Positions 57,756 through 64,000 of a stretch of DNA of 64,000 nucleotides are shown piece by piece. The position numbers and the translations under genes were made by a program. The notes under the pieces were generated by a model. It was not told where the DNA came from. It ran no database searches and was given only the letters and a program-made list of their open reading frames with translations. Origin of the DNA: Nitrososphaerota archaeon (GTDB taxonomy: Archaea > Thermoproteota > Nitrososphaeria > Nitrososphaerales > Nitrosopumilaceae); assembly GCA_028867755.1 (NCBI GenBank), contig JAGWFT010000001.1, positions 548,727 through 612,726 on the forward strand. Direction: 5' to 3'. Every line of letters starts with the position of its first letter. Positions within the stretch are counted from its first letter, which is position 1.

Positions 57756-58256
57756 TTATTGCAGTCGAATTGTTGAGTATATCCATTTGTTTCTTGTAAT
57801 CCAATATATTCTCAATACAAACACAAATGCAATTGCTTCTGCCAAGACAATCCCAGTAGGTAAAAATAATGTTGATAGTTGTATTATTGAACCAACTATG
57901 AGTAATGTAAGTGCTGATGATTCAAGTGAGGCACTATGAATTGCCTTTAACCATCTATTTGTATTCGATGTGTATGTCACAACATATTTTTTATGCTTTA
58001 GAATTAATTGGAATACACCTATAGCCAATAATATCCAAATCAGATGGTAAGTATTGACATTACCTAATACTGTATTCAATAGAATTATGCTTTGATTTGG
58101 AAATACAAAATGACCTGCAGTTAAACCGCTTATTACAGCTACGTATATTGTTACTATGTTCGAAAAAGTGTCTTTTATGAGTGGAATTGCCTTTGTAGTA
58201 ATCAAATATTTGATAATTGTATAGATGACGTATATGGCATATCTGAATTTTCCCAT
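57756..58256 (-). CDS. Hypothetical multi-pass membrane protein
   Basis: 166 aa, about 4 hydrophobic segments, AT-rich. Confidence 0.7.
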   Translation of the reverse strand: MGKFRYAIYVIYTIIKYLITTKAIPLIKDTFSNIVTIYVAVISGLTAGHFVFPNQSIILLNTVLGNVNTYHLIWILLAIGVFQLILKHKKYVVTYTSNTNRWLKAIHSASLESSALTLLIVGSIIQLSTLFLPTGIVLAEAIAFVFVLRIYWITRNKWIYSTIRLQ

Positions 58257-58411
58257 ACTTATTGAATGTGGTACAACCTAAAAAAATCTTCTATCATACA
58301 ATATTGTAACTTCTTCGAAAATATCAAAGGCATAATCTAATACCTATTCAGCAGCAGTAAAATAGAGTTGTTTGCTTTTCGGGTTTCATTTCTTTTAGGT
58401 AGATGAATGAA

Positions 58412-58891
58412 TTAACCTGATTTTGGTTTGGATTCTTTCATTAATTTGTACATGTCTGATAGTAAATTTTCAATATTTTCCAGTTTCTGATATATTGGTT
58501 CAGGTTGTGGCATGATGGGATTTTTTCTAGCTTTTCTTGCTAATCTATCCACTGAGAAGAGGCTGAGCAATAGAATGGCTATTGTTATTATGCCACTAAT
58601 AAAATTGAAATCGTAAACAATGAAACCTATGCTAGTTAGCAATAATCCAATTCCTACTATTGTCAAACCTGCAACCGTGTTAGAGTATGTGCTTCCTTTT
58701 GGAATTCTACCTGTTGTTACATTAAGACGAGCTATAGTAGCAACCAAGAACAGTATAGCTGCTATGCCGAGAAATGTAAGCACGGCTACATTTTTTGAAT
58801 CCGCTTGAAGTAAGAAAAATAGTGCGGTTAATGTTGTTCCAGCTAAGAATGCAAATGCCGTAAAATGGGGGTCATGTGTAGAATTTTCCAA
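58412..58891 (-). CDS. Hypothetical 4-TM membrane protein with C-terminal coiled segment
   Basis: 159 aa, TTG start, four hydrophobic helices then PIYQKLENIENLLSDMYKLMKE. Confidence 0.7.
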   Translation of the reverse strand: MENSTHDPHFTAFAFLAGTTLTALFFLLQADSKNVAVLTFLGIAAILFLVATIARLNVTTGRIPKGSTYSNTVAGLTIVGIGLLLTSIGFIVYDFNFISGIITIAILLLSLFSVDRLARKARKNPIMPQPEPIYQKLENIENLLSDMYKLMKESKPKSG

Positions 58892-59035
58892 GTTGTCCTG
58901 TCTGATTTTTACCTGTGTTTTGAATTAAGGTTATCCATCTATTTACGTGGGTCTTGCTGCAAAAGGAGTAAGTATTGAACTAAAGTCACCTATGCACTAG
59001 AAAGTTTATTCGACCAGACACCAAAGAATATTGAA

Positions 59036-59866
59036 TTGAGTAAACTTGGATTTCTATTTTGTCTTGATTACGTTATTGTAAAAAATAGAACAAAAAATGC
59101 AAGAATAGTATCTAGTAAAGTAAAACCAAAAAAAATGAATCCAATGAAGATTTTTGTTATGAAATTTTCTCAGATACCTCTGATTGTTTTCAAAGAAGGT
59201 CACGTTGTAATTGGAACAGATGATGAAGAAAAAGCATATACGATTTCAAATATCATAAAATCTAATCTAGCTAATTTTCAATGCTATCCTTCTGGAATCA
59301 AGGTACGGAAACTTATTGAGGTTTATTATGATTCTAATTTTAATTGCAATTTTTCCAATTTCTCATCGGATCCCTGTGGAGTGGTAAAGGGGGAAATTAC
59401 AGAAAAAGAATTGATGGAAGCTATTATAGAATCAGGCAAAATCTACAAAAATAAAGAATTAATGGAAGAATTATTGCTCTTGACGGATTCTCGTGAGCAT
59501 CTAAACAACAGAGACTATGCCGCTTCTTTCCTATTTTCATGGTTAATTCTAGAGAGAAAAATATTCAGTGATTGGGATTACAAAATTAAAAGTCTCAAAT
59601 TATCTAATGATAGAACCAGTCAATTCCTAAATCATAAGAGAGAGTGGTCACTTGGTCGTGTTCTTGAGATCAGTAATCTTTTAGGCATAATATCGAATGA
59701 AAAGTATCAAACATTAGCAAAATTCAGAGATATTAGAAATAACTTGGCACATGGATTTCTTAAAGTGGAAAGAGACGACGCAAAAAAATGTTTTGCAATG
59801 GCTGATTTTGAATTATCCAACAAGATGTTATTGCTCAAATCACCTAAAGCGGAAAGGACTGTTTGA
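59036..59866 (+). CDS. HEPN-domain protein (ApeA-like putative RNase)
   Basis: R234-N-N-L-A-H239 (Rx4H) preceded by SFLFSWLILE helix. Start uncertain; ATG 59135 is plausible. Confidence 0.7.
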   Translation: MSKLGFLFCLDYVIVKNRTKNARIVSSKVKPKKMNPMKIFVMKFSQIPLIVFKEGHVVIGTDDEEKAYTISNIIKSNLANFQCYPSGIKVRKLIEVYYDSNFNCNFSNFSSDPCGVVKGEITEKELMEAIIESGKIYKNKELMEELLLLTDSREHLNNRDYAASFLFSWLILERKIFSDWDYKIKSLKLSNDRTSQFLNHKREWSLGRVLEISNLLGIISNEKYQTLAKFRDIRNNLAHGFLKVERDDAKKCFAMADFELSNKMLLLKSPKAERTV

Positions 59867-59916
59867 ATTTGGTAAAAATGATCAAGTTAATGAAATGGTA
59901 ACACGATGAATGCCTA

Positions 59917-61470
59917 TTGCAAAAACGGGCTCTAATAACGGTAGTAATTGTAGTCGTAATTATAGTAGTATTAATCCCAGTTGGATATGGATTGGCACAG
60001 CGAGCTACAGTTACAAGCCTGAAATTTCATTTCAACAGGGCAGAACTTGCAAATGTTGATTTCTCCCAGACTCAAACAATCGGCAATTTAGAACAGTTGT
60101 ATAATAATATCCAAAACCCGTCCCTTGGGACCCTATCGGAGGTAGCCTCGATAGAATCTGCCGTTCCTTCTGAATCAACAATAATGTTTGACTTGTTAGC
60201 AAATACGAGATATACTTTCAACGTCTACGTGGATGTATCAAATCCTTCATTCATACCTGTCGTAATTGACAAAGAAGACATCAAGGTATCAATTAGTGGT
60301 CACGAGTTACCAGGGGATGTTACAATACCACAACAGATTACAGTTCCAGCTGGAGGATCGACCACAGTAGAATTGGAAGGAATAACAGCAAGTGGGAGAG
60401 ACATAGCAGATGTTCTTGCTAATTCCATAAGCAATGACTATGTTCTTGATTTCAATTTTGCAATAACTAGTTTTTATCCTACCTTATTTGGAGAGGTCCA
60501 AATTCCTGCTGACATTGATCTGATAACTTATCCGATTCCTCCAAAGCCAACTCTCTCTAACTTTCAACAAGACGGGTACAATGTAAATTCCTACACATTA
60601 TCATTTCAAAATTCAAACAATATTCCTATTGAAGGACAGATGCAAGTTGGGGTAATGAAGGGAAATTCCTATGGGTGTGATCCAGCCTGTATAGTGCCAG
60701 TGGATAGTGGATTGGGCACATTTCTGCGAATAACGGGAAGTGATCTGTTTGGAATTCAAGTCTTTGAAGCAAACTACAATCCATCGCCTGAACAAACGTT
60801 TTCTATGAATATACAAAATCCAACATTGAGAAACAACGCAAATTCTGCATTTATCATGAGATGGGTTCCAACCTTTGATACTATTCCTTATACCGCAACA
60901 ATTACCATTGCTGGAGTGCCAGAAACGTCACAGGGTGAATTTCATTCATCAACATTTAGCACGATTCGAGATGTGGTATACAATTTAGGAAGAGATTTTG
61001 GATATGTTGGGTCTAGAGAATTTGTATCTCCTACCATTGAAACCGCACAAACGCCAAGCTCCGCTTTGTCAAATACCATAAACTCTATTCTGAACGGAGT
61101 CTCATCAGCTCCCCAACTTCCTCCAGTTCAGAGTTCTGGCACACAAATAGTAAACGGAGTATACAACGTTCCTCCTGGAAGATATCAATACTTTACATTT
61201 ACCTCTTCCTGTACTGGCACTCTATCGGGAAGCTTTGCCGCACAAGCTACATTAGGAAATAACATTGTTACATACGTACTCGATCAAGCTGGTTTTAATC
61301 AATTTCAAGCTGGAAATTCTGCCTCAACCTACTATAACAGCGGAAAAATTTCATCGGGAAGTTTTCATGTATCTCTCGGAACTGGTACCTACTACATAAT
61401 ATTATCAAACACATATTCAATAATCTCAACTAAAACCGTCGATGTGCAAGCTTATTACAGTTGTAATTGA
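59917..61470 (+). CDS. Membrane-anchored extracellular beta-rich protein (LEA_2-like N-terminal region)
   Basis: N-terminal TM; 'VDVSNPSFIPVVIDK..I.VSISG' LEA_2-like pattern; C-terminal jelly-roll-like domain (GTYYIILSN). Confidence 0.65.
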   Translation: MQKRALITVVIVVVIIVVLIPVGYGLAQRATVTSLKFHFNRAELANVDFSQTQTIGNLEQLYNNIQNPSLGTLSEVASIESAVPSESTIMFDLLANTRYTFNVYVDVSNPSFIPVVIDKEDIKVSISGHELPGDVTIPQQITVPAGGSTTVELEGITASGRDIADVLANSISNDYVLDFNFAITSFYPTLFGEVQIPADIDLITYPIPPKPTLSNFQQDGYNVNSYTLSFQNSNNIPIEGQMQVGVMKGNSYGCDPACIVPVDSGLGTFLRITGSDLFGIQVFEANYNPSPEQTFSMNIQNPTLRNNANSAFIMRWVPTFDTIPYTATITIAGVPETSQGEFHSSTFSTIRDVVYNLGRDFGYVGSREFVSPTIETAQTPSSALSNTINSILNGVSSAPQLPPVQSSGTQIVNGVYNVPPGRYQYFTFTSSCTGTLSGSFAAQATLGNNIVTYVLDQAGFNQFQAGNSASTYYNSGKISSGSFHVSLGTGTYYIILSNTYSIISTKTVDVQAYYSCN

Positions 61471-61546
61471 TTTATGCTTCCTCATTTCTTGCCAATGTGT
61501 TCTGGAATATTGATGAAGCCATGCAAATTTCCATAAATCTTTTAAA

Positions 61547-63778
61547 TTGCCCAAAGAATGGTTATGTACGAAAATACTAGAAAAATTCTCCATTCAATAT
61601 TCTATACTTGTTGTGTTATCCTTATCTTTGGTAATTCTGGCAACTCCACACGCTTATGCAGCTAATGCCCAAGTAACAATTAGTAGCGGTGCATCTAATA
61701 CAGGAGGAACTTGTTCACCAACAAGCTGTTTCAATCCGCAAACCATGAACATCAATGTGGGGGATACTGTAACTTGGACAAACTATGACACAGTGGGACA
61801 CACTGCAACGAGTGGTAATCCATCCGACAATCAAACAGGTACTGTCTTTGATAGCAGTTTGATTGCAGCTAGTAGGACTTACACAAGCCCCGCTTTCAAT
61901 ATTGCAGGTACATACAATTATTTTTGTGCAGTTCATCCTTGGATGACAGGACAGATCATAGTTGGTAGCGGTGCATCGCAACCAACCCCGCAATACAATC
62001 CACCACCACAATACACGCCTCCGCCTCAGTATACGCCGCCTACTCAAAACCCTAATGCAGACATTACAATTAGTCGAGGAGCAAGTAATACTGGAGGAAG
62101 TTGTTCTGCAACAAGTTGCTTTAACCCAAATGTTTATTCAGCAAATGTAGGTCAGTCTGTTACATGGTATAATGCTGATACTGTGGGACATACCGTAACA
62201 AGTGGAAATCCTTCTGATAATAGAACAGGGACTATTTTTGATAGTAGCTTGATTCGGTCGGGAGGTAGTTATGGACTTGTCTTCAACTATGCAGGAACTT
62301 ACAACTATTTCTGTCAAGTACATCCATGGATGACAGGCGAGATAATTGTTGGTGGGGGGGCATCACAACTTCCGCCTCAACCACAATACACGCCTCCGCC
62401 AAACAACGTGATAATAAGTAGCGGTGCATCTAACACAAAAGGAACTTGCACCGCAACAAGCTGTTTCAATCCACAAGATGTATACATCAATATTGGAAAC
62501 ACTGTAACATGGACAAACTATGACACAGTGGGACATACGGCAACAAGTGGTCGCCCATCTGACCCACAGACGGGAACTATTTTTGACAGTAGCTTGATTT
62601 CAGCTGGCAGGTCTTACACTAGTCCTCCTTTCAACGTACAAGGCACTTACAACTATTTCTGCCAAGTACATCCATGGATGACAGGCGAGATAATTGTTGG
62701 TAATGGCGTGTCACAATCATCGCAATTACCAAGTACAATACCCGTAGATGGTACTAGTTACTCTATCACTTATGCCATTACTAATGGAAATGTCCTTGAT
62801 ATCAAAGCAAATCCTCAATCAAAATCCTTGACTGTATCTATCCAGACAACTGGCGACGGTTTGTTGACAATCACAATGCCAAGAGCATTAATTGACGCAA
62901 AGAAATCTGATGGTACCGATGATCAATTTGTAGTGTTAAATGATGGTCAGCTAAACAGTCAGTCGTATGTAACTTCTACGACAGGGACTGATAGGACATT
63001 GTCAGTTCCATTCAAGGCTGGAACACAACAAATAGAGATAGTCGGAACCTTTGTTGTAGGAGAATTTTCGTCCTCCTCTCAATCCAATCCATCAACGCAA
63101 ACTCCTTATTCTATAAATGTCCAAACAGACAAATCATCTTATAATTCAGGAGACACGGTAACAATCACTGCATATTCTCCTAATGTATCTGCAGGACAAA
63201 ATGTTGCTATACTTGTGACCGATCAGCTGTCTAATGTTGTTGCATCAAGAACAACACAATTTAACGGACAAGGATATGCAACACTTCAGATAGGATTACC
63301 TTCAAATTCGCAAGCTGGTACTTATCAAATAACTGCAAGTGCTTCTTCTAATGGAAATTATCTGACAGGAAGTGCTTCCTTTACTACCACATCTAATATT
63401 TACACGCCATCTACACCATCTATCACATCTGGTGTGTCAATAGTTTCCGTCCAGCCCACAAATCAACTAGGAAATAACGTGGTGACTTCTTATAGTAAGG
63501 GAACAACTGGTTTTGTCAAAGTTGTTGTCTCATCCACATCAAGTCAGTCTGCTCTCATCACTGTTAATCTTGTAGGCTCTGATGGCACAAGTCTAGGCGT
63601 AGGTTCTATCAAGACATCGTTAGGAACAGGCACTAGTGAGATGGTAATTTCATTTTATATCCCAGCAGGTGCAACTGTTGGCACAGCCAATATCTATGCA
63701 GACATGTATTCAGATTGGATCACTAATGGAGGCACTCCTCTTACAACTGAATCTTCATCCACGGTGGGTATACAATGA
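61547..63778 (+). CDS. Secreted protein with three type-1 copper (cupredoxin) domains plus Ig-like domains
   Basis: Three repeats, each with GHT(A/V)TSG and YNYFC-x-VHPWM (His...Cys-x2-His-x2-Met), at about 61661-61969, 62057-62356 and 62404-62704. Confidence 0.92.
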   Translation: MPKEWLCTKILEKFSIQYSILVVLSLSLVILATPHAYAANAQVTISSGASNTGGTCSPTSCFNPQTMNINVGDTVTWTNYDTVGHTATSGNPSDNQTGTVFDSSLIAASRTYTSPAFNIAGTYNYFCAVHPWMTGQIIVGSGASQPTPQYNPPPQYTPPPQYTPPTQNPNADITISRGASNTGGSCSATSCFNPNVYSANVGQSVTWYNADTVGHTVTSGNPSDNRTGTIFDSSLIRSGGSYGLVFNYAGTYNYFCQVHPWMTGEIIVGGGASQLPPQPQYTPPPNNVIISSGASNTKGTCTATSCFNPQDVYINIGNTVTWTNYDTVGHTATSGRPSDPQTGTIFDSSLISAGRSYTSPPFNVQGTYNYFCQVHPWMTGEIIVGNGVSQSSQLPSTIPVDGTSYSITYAITNGNVLDIKANPQSKSLTVSIQTTGDGLLTITMPRALIDAKKSDGTDDQFVVLNDGQLNSQSYVTSTTGTDRTLSVPFKAGTQQIEIVGTFVVGEFSSSSQSNPSTQTPYSINVQTDKSSYNSGDTVTITAYSPNVSAGQNVAILVTDQLSNVVASRTTQFNGQGYATLQIGLPSNSQAGTYQITASASSNGNYLTGSASFTTTSNIYTPSTPSITSGVSIVSVQPTNQLGNNVVTSYSKGTTGFVKVVVSSTSSQSALITVNLVGSDGTSLGVGSIKTSLGTGTSEMVISFYIPAGATVGTANIYADMYSDWITNGGTPLTTESSSTVGIQ
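62297..62353 (+). repeat. Internal near-identical repeat of Cu-ligand loop
   Basis: 62297-62353 vs 62645-62701: 57 nt with one mismatch. Confidence 0.9.
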
Positions 63779-64000
63779 ATTATTTTAGATTATTTTCAAC
63801 TGGTTTTGTTTTAGCGATAATATACCTTGGAATATCAGAGTCATTTGCACAGAATGCAATTATCATAAATACTGACAAGACTTCATACGGTCCAGGTGAT
63901 CTTGTAACTGTTACTGGTACAGTATCAGGTGCACCAAATCAACTTGTGGCTATACAGGTAAAAGATCCTAGTGGAAACCTTATTTCAATACGAACTGTTC
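63775..64000 (+). CDS. Secreted Ig-like protein, PEFG-CTERM-type N-domain (3'-truncated; not in ORF track)
   Basis: MNYFRLFSTGFVLAIIYLGISESFAQNAIIINTDKTSYGPGDLVTVTGTVSG...VKDPSGNL; ATG overlaps the previous stop codon; open to the window edge. Confidence 0.8.
   Translation, partial: MNYFRLFSTGFVLAIIYLGISESFAQNAIIINTDKTSYGPGDLVTVTGTVSGAPNQLVAIQVKDPSGNLISIRTV

Noticed and set aside
54469-64000. Pleolipovirus-like or other provirus
   Set aside because: The Rep and membrane proteins are suggestive, but there is no packaging or AAA ATPase and no spike with a C-terminal anchor; the 517 aa protein is N-anchored. A plasmid-like element is the simpler reading.

Overview
64 kb of an AT-rich archaeal chromosome. 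Gene content (unsplit Rpo1, PEFG-CTERM proteins, type-1 copper proteins, thaumarchaeal S-layer-type gene) points to an ammonia-oxidising archaeon of Nitrososphaerota/Nitrosopumilales; the genus cannot be fixed from sequence alone. Layout: (1) 1-10.5 kb: truncated S-layer-like gene, an iscS-larE-larC / mdh-larB cluster with no larA in the window, a VIT1 transporter and a B12-binding radical SAM gene resembling GDGT ring synthases. (2) 10.7-14.7 kb: four tandem PEFG-CTERM genes with nucleotide-identical tails. (3) 15-54 kb: mostly housekeeping genes (RNA polymerase, ribosomal proteins, LeuRS, AlaRS, secY/secE, pckA, sod, ftsY, cbf5) and a two-intron tRNA-Gln(CTG). (4) 54.4-64 kb: an accessory region. 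The strongest novelty candidate is a compact ~3.3 kb element (tyrosine integrase, orphan ORF, AbrB-like gene, Zn-finger gene, HUH rolling-circle Rep) bounded by a candidate att direct repeat whose right copy lies inside the rep 3' end. It is followed by two orphan membrane proteins, a HEPN RNase-like gene and a triple-cupredoxin surface protein. All family calls come from motif recognition by eye; no database searches were run.
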